Below are positions 14,408 through 29,796 of a DNA stretch of 64,000 bases, one piece after another. Source of the DNA: Eledone cirrhosa (lineage: Eukaryota); the NCBI GenBank assembly GCA_964016885.1, contig OZ024741.1:129704001-129768000 (forward strand), given 5' to 3'. Both the position numbers and the translations under genes were made by a program. How positions within the stretch are numbered: position 1 is the first letter of the stretch; every line of letters starts with the position of its first letter. The notes below the pieces were generated by a model. It was not told the origin of the DNA. It ran no database searches and saw nothing but the letters and a program-made list of their open reading frames with translations.

Positions 14408-15384
14408 TATTCAATTCTTTATCAATTTAGAATCTTTTCTCAAAGGCACATATACATACACCTCTTTAAAATATACCCATCTACCCTACTTTAAAGGGCA
14501 TTATACACTCTATAATACTCGTTTACTCATTACCCTCATTCTATCTTCTCGTAAAACAATAACATTTGTTTTTGACATTTTGAATATTCATCCGCAATCA
14601 TTATTATTTTTTTTTTCTCTCTATCATAAATCTTTTTAATCTCAATTTCATCCTTAATTTATTATTATTTTTTTCTCCCCATCAACGAACTCATTATTAA
14701 TACATATGAATTCAATATACAAACTTTAACTTCACATTATTTTTCTCAAATCCTTCTACACATAAACCTTAACATTTCTCTCTTTGCTAATTTTGAAATT
14801 GCCACAATACATGCATTTCTTCTTTTGACGTTAGAATATTCACCCACAATTATTATTTTTTTCTCTCTATCTTCATACATAATTTCCCTTCGTTAATTTT
14901 TAAATTCCTTTAATTTATACATTATCTTCCAACGGTTCCCAACCTCTCTATATTAAAACAATATATCTTTTTCTCAGTTATAAAAACTATCTCTTTCTCT
15001 CTATCACCCATCTCTCCCTCTCCACCTTCATTCTCATCTCCTCCCCCTTTTTTCATCCTCCCCCCCCCCTCCCTAAATAAAATATTTTTTCCTCGCACAT
15101 ATCCCCCCTTCGTTAATTTTCAAAATTTTTAATTTATACAGTATCTTCCAACGGTTTTCAACCCCTCTATATAAAAAATATATCTCCTCTCAGTTATAAA
15201 AACTATCTCTTTCTCTCTATCACCCATCTCTCCCTCTCATCTCCTTCCCTTCTCATCCTTCCCCCCCCCTCTCTAAATAAAATATTTTTCCCAATATCAC
15301 ACATCAATCTAAAACCACTTTTCATATGTTGATTTAAAACTGCACTATCAACAAGTGTTTTTTAGCCTTCATATCATGTTCTCC

Positions 15385-15455
15385 TGTTTTATCTGATGAA
15401 AACACAAATATTATTGCTTGATGATGTTTGTTTTTGAAATGCGCATAATAAAATA
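15385..15455 (+). ncRNA. Hammerhead ribozyme in Penelope pLTR
   Basis: tgttttat-CTGATGA-aaacacaaata...tgtttgttttt-GAAA-tgcgca-TA-ataaaata. Confidence 0.85.
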
Positions 15456-15485
15456 TATGGAACTCCTTTAACCATCTTTTGATCT

Positions 15486-15539
<54 letters not shown>

Positions 15540-15557
15540 TACATCTCAATGAATATT

Positions 15558-15719
15558 TGTTTCTACTTTAGGCACAAGGCCAGCAATAACACAGTCCATT
15601 ACTGGTACTTTATTTTATCGACCCCGTAAGGATGAAAGGCAAAGTCAACCTCGGCGGGATTTGAACTCAGATCGTAAAGGGACGTAAGTATGCTGGAAAG
15701 CATGGCGTCCGACCCTCTA
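15558..15719 (-). mobile_element. tRNA-derived SINE with 11-bp target-site duplication
   Basis: SINE consensus flanked by caatgaatatt at 15547-15557 and 15720-15730. Confidence 0.9.
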
Positions 15720-16249
15720 CAATGAATATTATCACTTAAAATATAATTCAGAGAAGCTTATAAATATAAATATTGAACAATGGCAAATAAGGCTCAGAAT
15801 TGACTAGAGGGAAGACCACACCAAAGTAGCTTAAAATAAACGAACCCTATACGCGTATAATCCCAGAGACAAAATTCATAGTCAAGCAATCTAAGGCTCA
15901 GCAAACTCTTTCTCGTTTTACTGAAATTTCACAAGCTAAATCACAAAAATTCTCAAAAAATCAAAATTATCTATACCTGCTCGAGACTTGCTGGATCGTC
16001 GGAGAGGGATTTCTGTTCCAAAAATTAAGAGAGACAACATATATCTACCTGCTGCCGGATCTTATGAATGGCCGAAATAAGACCAGTATTGTACCCAATA
16101 AAGTGCGCATGTGTAAAAATAATACAGGTTAGGTGACGAGAAGAAAATTTCTACTATAAATAGTAGTTAATTTAAAAATGTCTAACAACTTGACACTTTT
16201 TGGAGTAGCAATTTAAATATATATTAGAAATTTTGAGCCATATTTAAGA

Positions 16250-16655
16250 CTAGCAGATGTACCCGGCGCTGCTCGGGAAATGAATGACAGCCTGAATTGT
16301 TCAAGTCGTTTATGGCTTAGCTAGCAATTTCTGAGTGCATGTCAGCTTATGTCAGCTAATTGGCTAGCCAATGAGAGGTCACCTTAATAGCACGTGCCAA
16401 ATCGGCCTAGTACTTCAAAAGTTAAAAGGAGCCTAGTATTTGTACACAGACAGATACACACACAAAATCGATTTTTCGGCCCCAATATCGATTTTCTCAA
16501 AATTTATTTTTGTCCAAAACCTGCTGTGGCATATAAGCAACATGTGTGCCAAATTTAGTTGAAATCGGCCTAGTACTTCAAAAGTTAAAAGGAGCCTAGT
16601 ATTTGTATACAGACAGACACACACACACAGACCGACTTGGTTTTATATATATAGA
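16250..16655 (-). mobile_element. Non-autonomous Helitron-like element
   Basis: Minus strand: A|TCTATATAT start, cccg..cggg hairpin about 10 nt before CTAG|T, internal ~55-bp direct repeat (16399 and 16562). Confidence 0.7.
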
Positions 16656-16719
16656 TAGTTTAATATTTGTATGTATACATGTATATATATATATGCACGC
16701 ATATATATATATATATAAC

Positions 16720-16980
16720 TTATCGAGCCCTCTTTGGATTTTAGTCTTTAAATTTATTATTATTACTATATATATATATATAGTAATAATAATAAATTTG
16801 AAGACTAAAATCCAAAGAGGACTCGATAAGGATAAATATATATAATATATATAAGAACCCTAGAGCAAATATTTATTAAAATAACAGATTAAAGTTTAAG
16901 CAAAGAATCGCTGCTTTCCTCGTTAAGGGTGAAAGCAGCGATTCTTTGCTTACACTTTAATCTGTTATTTTAATAAATAT
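16720..16980. repeat. Two adjacent fold-back palindromes of the 9760-9990 family
   Basis: 16720-16830 is inverted about a (TA)n centre; 16870-16980 is inverted about ctcgttaagggt. Confidence 0.85.
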
Positions 16981-17010
16981 ATATATGTATACATATATGT
17001 GTGTGAGTAC

Positions 17011-17054
<44 letters not shown>

Positions 17055-17639
17055 GTGTATGTAAGTATGTATGTATGTTTGTAAAAAGTACAAAGAAATA
17101 AGAAACGACACAGTTCAATGAAGAAATATATTAGTTTAACACTTAAAATAACAGTTTTACTGTATAATTTATCGAATTTGAAGAAAATATCGAAAGCATA
17201 ATTTAAGATAGCTATAGTTAAAAAAAGATTATCCTTGTGACTTTGTATTGAAATTGAAAAAGTTATCTTACCGTCTGGCGTGTTGTGTAATGTTCAGTTA
17301 ATGACGGTTCACCAGTTTAAGCGCTCAATGATATTACATAGATAAGCTAGTAAAGTAAGACTCGTCCGTATGATCGTCGGCTTCGGTATCCGTAATAAGC
17401 GGAGTTAAATAATTGTTTCTACTTTTGGCACAAGGCCAGAAACAGAGTTAAATAATAATATTGTGGGAACGAAGTATCAGTGAAGCATCTTGTAAATCTA
17501 TCTATCTATCTATCTATTTATCTATTTTATTGTATGTAAACTTCCCCCTTTGTATTTGTCCCCTTCTTTTGTGCCCCTGTGGCTAATAAAGAAATATATC
17601 TATTTATCTATTTTTATATATATATATATATAATATACA

Positions 17640-17840
17640 TATAACGAAGGAGTTGTGGTAAGGAACCAGATGGACCATAACGCACCAGAGTACTCAATAC
17701 TTAGGGTAGTAGAGTGGGTAATAGGAAAAAGTATGACCCCGACGGCAGAGCTCAAGTCGTTTCGACGGCTATTTCTGGACTAAATTAGAATTTTTAGTCT
17801 GGTAAATAAATAGCCGAACTTTTCCTTATATGGGAAGATT
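17640..17840 (-). mobile_element. pLTR-like repeat, also at 42110-42305, with the 3' half of an HHR
   Basis: About 140 bp shared with 42110-42245; minus strand carries GAAA-cgact..tgccg-TC-ggggtc. Confidence 0.55.
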
Positions 17841-18012
17841 GTAGTTGTCAAGAGGATTGGTCAACATTGGTTGTAAACACAAATAAATCTATCATGGCAG
17901 TGGGTGGGAGGTGGGGTGGCTGAACTTGCCTGTAGAACAATGAGGGAGTGAGTGGAGCCGGTCAAGCTTTGAAGTGAAATCTATACGTCGTATAGATTTC
18001 ACTTTCAACGCT

Positions 18013-18102
<90 letters not shown>

Positions 18103-18825
18103 GTGGAACAATTGTTCTCGGTATGGTGAACTAACTTCTGTAAGAGTGTTTACTTTATATACTTGGCAGATGATAAATTGATTAGGAAACTCTTGAATGT
18201 TTTAATAAGAATCTTGACTAAGATATATATATATATATATATATCTTGTTCTTTTTCTCTGTCCTCTCCTTCCCCTCCTCCTCTCCTTCCCCTCCTCCCC
18301 TCCTTCCCCTCCTCCTCTCCCCCCTTCCTCGTCATCGTCATCAGATCTTTCGTTGTCATCACTCAATAAACATATACTGGCTACCCAGAAGATGACTGAG
18401 TGAATATCAAATATGTAAAAGTTATCAATCCATTATATTTTTCTCTCCCTCCTTCGCTATCTCTCTCTAACTCTCTTTCCTTCTCTCCCTCTCTCGCTAT
18501 CTCTCTTTCCTTCTCTCTCTCTCTCTCGCTATCTATCTCACACACTTTCTCACACTCTTTCCCCGCTCTCTTTCTCTCTCACTCTCACTCACCCTCCCAA
18601 ACATACAGACACACATACCTAATCATCTCTACACCAACATATTCTATCATACAAACACCCCCTCTCTCTCTCAGTCTTTCCCACTTTCCATCTCACCAGA
18701 TCGACCAAAGCCTCCAACACAGTCGTGTTTTGCCCCATGGCAAACAACAACTAAAGAAGCAATCACAGCAGCAGTAACAACATGCACAGCAACAGAAACA
18801 ACAACAACAACATGCACAGCAACAG

Positions 18826-18864
<39 letters not shown>

Positions 18865-18894
18865 CGGCAACAACAACAGCAACAAAGGCAGCGA

Positions 18895-19076
18895 TAATTG
18901 TTTCTACTTTTGGCACAAGGCCTGCAATTATCCCAATACATTACTGGTACTTTATTTTATCGGCCCCATAAGGATGAACGGCAAAGTTAACGTCAGCGGG
19001 ATTTGAACTCAGACCGTAAAGGGGCGTAACTCTATGCTTTAAAACATGGCGTCCGTCTCTTCTACCGATACTGCCA
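18895..19076 (-). mobile_element. tRNA-derived SINE inserted in an (AAC)n tract
   Basis: SINE consensus with AAC repeats on both sides. Confidence 0.9.
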
Positions 19077-22000
19077 CAACAACAACAACAGCAACAACAA
19101 CAACGGCAACAACAATAGCAACAAAGAAAACAATAATGACAACAACAAGTACAACAACAACAGCGACAATAACAAAAGCAACATGTACGACAGTGACAAC
19201 AATAACAACAATTACGGCATCTACAACAGCAACAACAGAAACCACAATAACAACAACAACAACAACAACAATGACAACAACAACAAAAAAGACAATAACA
19301 ACAACTACAGCAACGGCAACGGTAACGACGACAACAACAACAACAACAACAACGGCAACAACAACAGCAATAACAATAACAACACCAACAGCAACGACGA
19401 CAACACCAACGATGACAACAACAACAACAACAACAACAACAACGGCAACGACGACAATAAGAACAACAATAAGAACAACAGCGACGACGACAACAACAAC
19501 AATAACAACGACAATAACAACAACAATAACAACAACGCCGACGACGACAACAACAACAATAACAACGACAATAACAACGACAATAACGACAACAGCAACG
19601 ATAACAACAACGACAATAACAACAGCAACAACAGCAATAACAATAGCAACAACAACAGCAACACCAACAACAACAACCACAACGACGACAACGACAATAA
19701 CAACAACACCACCAATGACAACAACAATAAAACTACCAACAATAACAACAACAACAAAACCACCAACAATAACAACAAAACCACCAACAATGACACAACA
19801 ACAAAACAACCAACAATGACAACAACAACAACAAAACCACCAACAATAACAACAACAACAAAACCACCAACAATGACAACAACAACAAAACCACCAACAA
19901 TGACACAACAACAAAACCACCAACAATGACACAACAACAAAACAACCAACAATAACAACAACAACAAAATCACCAACAATAACAACAAAACCACCAACAA
20001 TGACAACAACATCAAAAACACCAACAATGACAACAACAACAAAACCACCAACAATGACACAACAACAAAACCACCAACAATGACACAACAACAAAACCAC
20101 CAACAATGACACAACAACAAAACAACCAACAATAACAACAACAACAAAATCACCAACAATAACAACAACAAAACCACCAACAATGACAACAACATCAAAA
20201 ACACCAACAATGACAACAACAACAAAACAACCAACAATAACAACAACAACAAAACCACCAACAATAACAACGACAACAAAACCACCAACAATGACAACAG
20301 CAACAAAATCACCAACAATGACAACAACAACAAAACAACCAACAATGACAACAACAACAACAAAACCACCAACAATGACAACAACAACAAAACCACCAAC
20401 AATAACAACAACAACAAAACCACCAACAATAACAACAACAACAAAGCCACCAACAATAACAACAACAACAAAACCACCAACAATGACAACAACAACAAAA
20501 CCACCAACAATGACAACAACAACAAAACCACCAACAATGACAACAACAACAAAACAACCAACAATAACAACAACAACAAAACCATCAACAATGACAACAA
20601 CATCAAAAACACCAACAATGACAACAACAACAAAACCACCAACAATGACAACAACAACAAAACCTCCAACAATGACAACAACAACAAAACAACCAACAAA
20701 AACAACAACAACAAAACCACCAACAATGACAACAACAACAAAACAACCAACAATAACAACAACAACAAAACCACCAACAATAACAACAACAACAAAACAA
20801 CCAACAATTACAACAACAACAAAACCACCAACAATAACAACAACAACAAAACCATCAACAATGGCAACAACAACAAAACCACCAACAATGACAACAACAA
20901 CAAAACAACCAACAATAACAACAACAAAACAACCAACAATGACAACAACAACAAAACCACCATCAATGGCAACAACAACAAAACCACCAACAATAACAAC
21001 AACAACAAAACCACCACCAATGACAACAACAACAAAACCACCAACAATAACAACAACAACAAAACCACCACCAATGACAACAACAACAAAACAACCAACA
21101 ATGACAACAACAACAAAACCACCACCAATGACAACAACAACAAAACAACCAACAATAACAACAACAACAAAACCACCACCAATGACAACAACAACAAAAC
21201 AACCAACAATAAAAACAACAACAAAACAACCAACAATGACAACAACAACAAAACCACCAACAATAACAACAACAATAAAACCACCAACAATGACAACAAC
21301 AACAAAACAACCAACAATGGCAACAACAACAAAACCACCAACAATGACAACAACAAAACAACCAACAATGACAACAACAACAAAACCACCAACAATGACA
21401 ACAACAGCAACAAAACCACCAACAATGACAACAACAACAAAACCACCACCAATGACAACAACAACAAAACAACCAACAATAACAACAACAACAAAACCAC
21501 CAACAATAACAACAACAACAAAACCACCACCAATGACAACAACAACAAAACAACCAACAATAACAACGACAACAAAACAACCAACAATAACAACAACAAC
21601 AACAAAACCACCAACAATGACAACAACAACAAAACCACCAACAATGACAACAACAACAAAACCACCAACAATAACAACAACAACAAAACCACCAACAATG
21701 ACAACAACAACAAAACTACCAACAATAACAACAACAACAAAACCACCAACAATGACAACAACAACAAAACCACCAACAATGACAACAACAACAAAACAAC
21801 CAACAATAACAACAACAACAAAACCACCAACAATGACAACAACAAAACAACCACCAATGACAACAACAACAAAGCAACCAACAATAACAACAACAACAAA
21901 ACAACCAACAATAACAACAACAACAAAACCACCACCAATGACAACAACAAAACCACCAACAACAACAGCAACAAAATCACCACCAATGACAACAACAACA

Positions 22001-25000
22001 AAACAACCAACAATGACAACAACAACAACAAAACCACCACCAATGACAACAACAACAAAACAACCAACAATGACAACAACAACAAAACAACCAACAATGA
22101 CAACAACAACAAAACCACCATCAATGGCAACAACAACAAAACCACCAACAATAACAACAACAACAAAACCACCACCAATGACAACAACAACAAAACCACC
22201 AACAATAACAACAACAACAAAACCACCACCAATGACAACAACAACAAAACAACCAACAATGACAACAACAACAAAACCACCACCAATGACAACAACAACA
22301 AAACAACCAACAATAACAACAACAACAAAACCACCACCAATGACAACAACAACAAAACAACCAACAATAAAAACAACAACAAAACAACCAACAATAACAA
22401 CAACAACAAAACCATCAACAATGACAACAACATCAAAAACACCAACAATGACAACAACAACAAAACCACCAACAATGACAACAACAACAAAACCTCCAAC
22501 AATGACAACAACAACAAAACAACCAACAAAAACAACAACAACAAAACCACCAACAATGACAACAACAACAAAACAACCAACAATAACAACAACAACAAAA
22601 CCACCAACAATAACAACAACAACAAAACAACCAACAATTACAACAACAACAAAACCACCAACAATAACAACAACAACAACAAAACCATCAACAATGGCAA
22701 CAACAACAAAACCACCAACAATGACAACAACAACAAAACAACCAACAATAACAACAACAAAACAACCAACAATGACAACAACAACAAAACCACCATCAAT
22801 GGCAACAACAACAAAACCACCAACAATAACAACAACAACAAAACCACCACCAATGACAACAACAACAAAACCACCAACAATAACAACAACAACAAAACCA
22901 CCACCAATGACAACAACAACAAAACAACCAACAATGACAACAACAACAAAACCACCACCAATGACAACAACAACAAAACAACCAACAATAACAACAACAA
23001 CAAAACCACCACCAATGACAACAACAACAAAACAACCAACAATAAAAACAACAACAAAACAACCAACAATGACAACAACAACAAAACCACCAACAATAAC
23101 AACAACAATAAAACCACCAACAATGACAACAACAACAAAACAACCAACAATGGCAACAACAACAAAACCACCAACAATGACAACAACAAAACAACCAACA
23201 ATGACAACAACAACAAAACCACCAACAATGACAACAACAGCAACAAAACCACCAACAATGACAACAACAACAAAACCACCACCAATGACAACAACAACAA
23301 AACAACCAACAATAACAACAACAACAAAACCACCAACAATAACAACAACAACAAAACCACCACCAATGACAACAACAACAAAACAACCAACAATAACAAC
23401 GACAACAAAACAACCAACAATAACAACAACAACAACAAAACCACCAACAATGACAACAACAACAAAACCACCAACAATGACAACAACAACAAAACCACCA
23501 ACAATAACAACAACAACAAAACCACCAACAATGACAACAACAACAAAACTACCAACAATAACAACAACAACAAAACCACCAACAATGACAACAACAACAA
23601 AACCACCAACAATGACAACAACAACAAAACAACCAACAATAACAACAACAACAAAACCACCAACAATGACAACAACAAAACAACCAACAATGACAACAAC
23701 AACAAAGCAACCAACAATAACAACAACAACAAAACAACCAACAATAACAACAACAACAAAACCACCACCAATGACAACAACAAAACCACCAACAACAACA
23801 GCAACAAAATCACCACCAATGACAACAACAACAAAACAACCAACAATGACAACAACAACAACAAAACCACCACCAATGACAACAACAGCAAAACAACCAA
23901 CAATGACAACAACAACAAAACAACCAACAATGACAACAACAACAAAACCACCATCAATGGCAACAACAACAAAACCACCAACAATAACAACAACAACAAA
24001 ACCACCACCAATGACAACAACAACAAAACCACCAACAATAACAACAACAACAAAACCACCACCAATGACAACAACAACAAAACAACCAACAATGACAACA
24101 ACAACAAAACCACCACCAATGACAACAACAACAAAACAACCAACAATAACAACAACAACAAAACCACCACCAATGACAACAACAACAAAACAACCAACAA
24201 TAAAAACAACAACAAAACAACCAACAATGACAACAACAACAAAACCACCAACAATAACAACAACAATAAAACCACCAACAATGACAACAACAACAAAACA
24301 ACCAACAATGGCAACAACAACAAAACCACCAACAATGACAACAACAAAACAACCAACAATGACAACAACAACAAAACCACCAACAATGACAACAACAGCA
24401 ACAAAACCACCAACAATGACAACAACAACAAAACCACCACCAATGACAACAACAACAAAACAACCAACAATAACAACAACAACAAAACCACCAACAATAA
24501 CAACAACAACAAAACCACCACCAATGACAACAACAACAAAACAACCAACAATAACAACGACAACAAAACAACCAACAATAACAACAACAACAACAAAACC
24601 ACCAACAATGACAACAACAACAAAACCACCAACAATGACAACAACAACAAAACCACCAACAATAACAACAACAACAAAACAACCAACAATGACAACAACA
24701 ACAAAACAACCAACAATAACAACAACAACAAAACAACCAACAATAACAACAACAACAAAACCACCACCAATGACAACAACAAAACCACCAACAACAACAG
24801 CAACAAAATCACCACCAATGACAACAACAACAAAACAACCAACAATGACAACAACAACAACAAAACCACCACCAATGACAACAACAACAAAACAACCAAC
24901 AATGACAACAGCAACAAAACAACCAACAATGACAACAACAACAAAACCACCATCAATGGCAACAACAACAAAACCACCAACAATAACAACAACAACAAAA

Positions 25001-27706
25001 CCACCACCAATGACAACAACAACAAAACCACCAACAATAACAACAACAACAAAACCACCACCAATGACAACAACAACAAAACAACCAACAATGACAACAA
25101 CAACAAAACCACCACCAATGACAACAACAACAAAACAACCAACAATAACAACAACAACAAAACCACCACCAATGACAACAACAACAAAACAACCAACAAT
25201 AAAAACAACAACAAAACAACCAACAATGACAACAACAACAAAACCACCAACAATAACAACAACAATAAAACCACCAACAATGACAACAACAACAAAACAA
25301 CCAACAATGGCAACAACAACAAAACCACCAACAATGACAACAACAAAACAACCAACAATGACAACAACAACAAAACCACCAACAATGACAACAACAGCAA
25401 CAAAACCACCAACAATGACAACAACAACAAAACCACCACCAATGACAACAACAACAAAACAACCAACAATAACAACAACAACAAAACCACCAACAATAAC
25501 AACAACAACAAAACCACCACCAATGACAACAACAACAAAACAACCAACAATAACAACGACAACAAAACAACCAACAATAACAACAACAACAACAAAACCA
25601 CCAACAATGACAACAACAACAAAACCACCAACAATGACAACAACAACAAAACCACCAACAATAACAACAACAACAAAACCACCAACAATGACAACAACAA
25701 CAAAACTACCAACAATAACAACAACAACAAAACCACCAACAATGACAACAACAACAAAACCACCAACAATGACAACAACAACAAAACAACCAACAATAAC
25801 AACAACAACAAAACCACCAACAATGACAACAACAACAAAACCACCAACAATGACAACAACAACAAAACAACCAAAAATGGCAACAACAACAAAACCACCA
25901 ACAATAACAACAACAACAACAAAACAACCAACAATAACAACAACAACAAAACCACCAACAATAACAACAACAACAACAACAAAACAACCAACAATAACAA
26001 CAACAACAACAAAACCACCAACAATAACAACAACAACAAAACCACCAACAATAACAACAACAAAACAACCAAAAATGGCAACAACAACAAAACCACCAAC
26101 AATAACAACAACAACAACAAAACAACCAACAATAACAACAACAACAAAACCACCAACAATAACAACAACAACAACAAAACCACCAACAATAACAACAACA
26201 AAACCACCAACAATGACAACAACAACAAAACCACCAACAATAACAACAACAACAAAACCACCAACAATGACAACAACAACAAAACAACCAACAATGGCAA
26301 CAACAACAAAACCACCAACAATGACAAAAACAACAAAACAACCAACAATGGCAACAACAACAAAACCACCAACAATGACTACAACAACAAAACCACCAAC
26401 AATAACAACAACAACAAAACCACCAACAATGACAACAACAAAACAACCAACAATGGCAACAACAACAAAACCACCAACAATGACAACAACAACAAAACAA
26501 CCAACAATAACAACAACAACAAAACCACCAACAATAACAACAACAACAAAACCACCAACAATAAAAACAACAAAACCACCAACAATGACAACAACAACAA
26601 AACCACCAACAATAACAACAACAACAAAACCACCAACAATGACAACAACAACAAAACAACCAACAATAACAACAACAACAAAACCACCAACAATGACAAC
26701 AACAACAAAACAACCAACAATGGCAACAACAACAAAACCACCAACAATAACAACAACAACAAAACCACCAACAATAACAACAACAACAACAAAACCACCA
26801 ACAATAACAACAACAAAACCACCAACAATGACAACAACAACAAAACCACCAACAATAACAACAACAAAACCACCAACAATGGCAACAACAACAAAACCAC
26901 CAACAATAACAACAACAAAACCACCAACAATGGCAACAACAACAAAACCACCAATGACAACAACAACAAAACAACCAACAATGGCAACAACAACAAAACC
27001 ACCAACAATAACAACAACAACAAAACCACCAACAATAACAACAACAACAACAAAACCACCAACAATAACAACAACAAAACCACCAACAATGACAACAACA
27101 ACAAAACCACCAACAATAACAACAACAACAACAAAACCACCAACAATAACAACAACAACAACAAAACCACCAACAATAACAACAACAAAACCACCAACAA
27201 TGACAACAACAACAAAACCACCAACAATAACAACAACAAAACCACCAACAATGGCAACAACAACAAAACCACCAACAATAACAACAAAACCACCAACAAT
27301 GGCAACAACAACAAAACCACCAACAATGACAACAACAACAAAACCACCAACAATAACAACAACAAAACCACCAACAATGTCAACAACAACAAAACCACCA
27401 ACAATGACAACAACAACAAAACAACCAACAATAACAACAACAACAAAACCACCAACAATGGCAACAACAACAAAACCACCAACAATAACAACAATAACAA
27501 CAAAACCACCAACAATAACAACAACAAAACCACCAACAATGACAACAACAACAAAACAACCAACAATAACAACAACAACAAAACCACCAACAATGGCAAC
27601 AACAACAAAACCACCAACAATGACAACAACAACAAAACCACCAACAATAACAACAACAACAAAACCACCAACAATAACAACAACAACAACAACGCCAACA
27701 ACAACA
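19077..27706. repeat. AAC-derived ~24-bp minisatellite with higher-order duplications (8.6 kb)
   Basis: Unit acaacaacaacaaaaccaccaacaatr; rare variants recur at 1830-1833 bp spacing (aacctcc at 20661/22491, aaagcaacc near 21871/23704). Confidence 0.95.
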
Positions 27707-27837
27707 TAATTTAACGATGAAACAATTAAAGTACATGTTCCATGTAAATGATAGTTCACGCTTGACAACAATCCTATATTCCAGAATCAATTGGTGGTCG
27801 GAATATAGGATTGTTTAGAAACAACTGAGTAGAAAGT

Positions 27838-27870
27838 TTACTACTACTACTATTACTGCTACTACTACTG

Positions 27871-27942
<72 letters not shown>

Positions 27943-27970
27943 GTACTACTGCTGCTGCTGCTGCTACTAT

Positions 27971-28020
<50 letters not shown>

Positions 28021-28029
28021 GTACTACTG

Positions 28030-28106
<77 letters not shown>

Positions 28107-28113
28107 GCTGCTG

Positions 28114-28163
<50 letters not shown>

Positions 28164-28173
28164 GCTGCTGCTG

Positions 28174-28214
<41 letters not shown>

Positions 28215-28248
28215 GCTGCTACTACTACTAGTGCTGCTGCTGCTGCTG

Positions 28249-28294
<46 letters not shown>

Positions 28295-28311
28295 GACTAC
28301 TATTGCTGCTG

Positions 28312-28382
<71 letters not shown>

Positions 28383-28414
28383 GCTGCTGCTGCTCTACTG
28401 CTGCTGCTCTACTG

Positions 28415-28477
<63 letters not shown>

Positions 28478-28551
28478 ATGCTGCTGCTGCTGCTCTACTG
28501 CTGCTGCTACTACTACTACTACTCCTACTACTACTACTACTACTACTACTA
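27838..28551. repeat. (TAC)n/(TGC)n compound microsatellite
   Basis: Directly visible in the sequence. Confidence 0.95.
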
Positions 28552-28581
28552 TTTTGTTTGAAAAGCAGATAACGATATATA

Positions 28582-29059
28582 TCTAAACTATAATAAAGTA
28601 AGGAGTGCGGGACTGCGTACGGTTTATAATTTTTTATCCCATTAGTAAAATAAGATGGATTACTTTGAATAAATAATGAATGAATATTACATAATTTATT
28701 TACTAAATTTCGTAGCTGTTGATTAAATATATTTTATTGTTTATTTAAAGATTCACTTCTTTAAAATTTTGAAATGTCAACACTTCCGGTTAACGATTGC
28801 TTAAATAGACATTCATATATTTCCGTCACTAATTTTCTCCTAACGCAGTTTATATCGTGTTTTTTTTTAATGTATCATGGATTACGTTACTGATTACATA
28901 AGACAGTGTAACACAGTCTTCGTTCAATTTCTGTGTATATTATCAATTACGATTTTATTTGATGTATCATATCTACATGTATATACACTTGCGTATAATA
29001 TCAATATGCACACTATACATGGTAGCAGAAAACCACCCGAAGGGTGGTTTTTCTGCTAG
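28582..29059 (+). mobile_element. Non-autonomous Helitron
   Basis: A|TCTAAACTATAATAAAG start, strong hairpin gcagaaaaccacc-cgaag-ggtggtttttctgc, then CTAG|T. Confidence 0.75.
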
Positions 29060-29532
29060 TATAATTAATTAGAGAAGCGTAAGTGAATCACGGCCATATT
29101 TGCTTTAACCGGGACCGATCTACAGTGAGGATTAACGAGGCTACAAGGTCTATGAGGGCTATAGGCAGTAGTGGACTGGCCAGGTAGCGGAGGCCAGTTG
29201 CACAGTAGTATTGCAGGGGCCCACTGTAATATTTTAGGGGCCAATGGTTTGCTTTCCAAAAATACCTGAAGTCTAAGAGAAAGAATAAAATAAAAAAAAG
29301 AAAGACAATTAAGCAAAGCATCTGGTCAACCAATTCCCAAGGGAATTCCTAGAAACCAAAATATACGATAGTGCAAATAGCTCGGATCAGTGGTTGTACA
29401 TTCTACTAAAGTTAAAGCTTAGTGTATTCACTCATGCATGCAAACATACATATATAGACACACACACAAGCGTATATATATATATATATATAATAATATA
29501 TAAGATCAAAAGATGGTTAAAAGAGTTCCATG

Positions 29533-29603
29533 TATTTTATTATGCGCATTTCAAAAACAAATATCATCATGCAATAACATTTGCGTTTTCGTCAGATAAA
29601 ATA
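29533..29603 (-). ncRNA. Hammerhead ribozyme in inverted pLTR
   Basis: Reverse complement of tattttat-CTGACGA-stem II-GAAA-tgcgca-TA-ataaaata. Confidence 0.85.
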
Positions 29604-29725
29604 GGGAGACATGATATGAAGGTTAAAAATACTTGTGGATAGTGCAGTTTTAAATCAACATATGATATGTTGATTTAAAACTGCACTATTTACAAGTGTG
29701 TTTTAACCTTCATATCATGTCTCCC

Positions 29726-29796
29726 TACTTTATCTGACGAAAACGCAAATGTTATTGCATGATGATATTTGTTTTTGAAATGCGCATAATAAAATA
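29726..29796 (+). ncRNA. Hammerhead ribozyme in pLTR
   Basis: tactttat-CTGACGA-stem II-GAAA-tgcgca-TA-ataaaata. Confidence 0.8.

Larger units (their letters stand above)
10550..15492. mobile_element. Palindromic Penelope-like element: two 5'-truncated ~2.4-kb arms joined head to head
   Basis: Mirror ORF pairs 11791/14331 and 12621/13501 both sum to 26122, giving a centre near 13061. Each arm carries RT motif GIYRDD, FLDV, GIY-YIG and an HHR-bearing pLTR; both ends abut (TA)n. Confidence 0.95.

Noticed and set aside
17962-18015. Small palindrome, and another hairpin at 27767-27815, as a terminator or miRNA
   Set aside because: Eukaryotic repeat context with no further support; probably short fold-backs.
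19039-27771. 2910-aa Val/Gly-rich, Leu-rich and Cys-rich antisense ORFs
   Set aside because: By-products of a (GTT)n-derived repeat that lacks stop codons.
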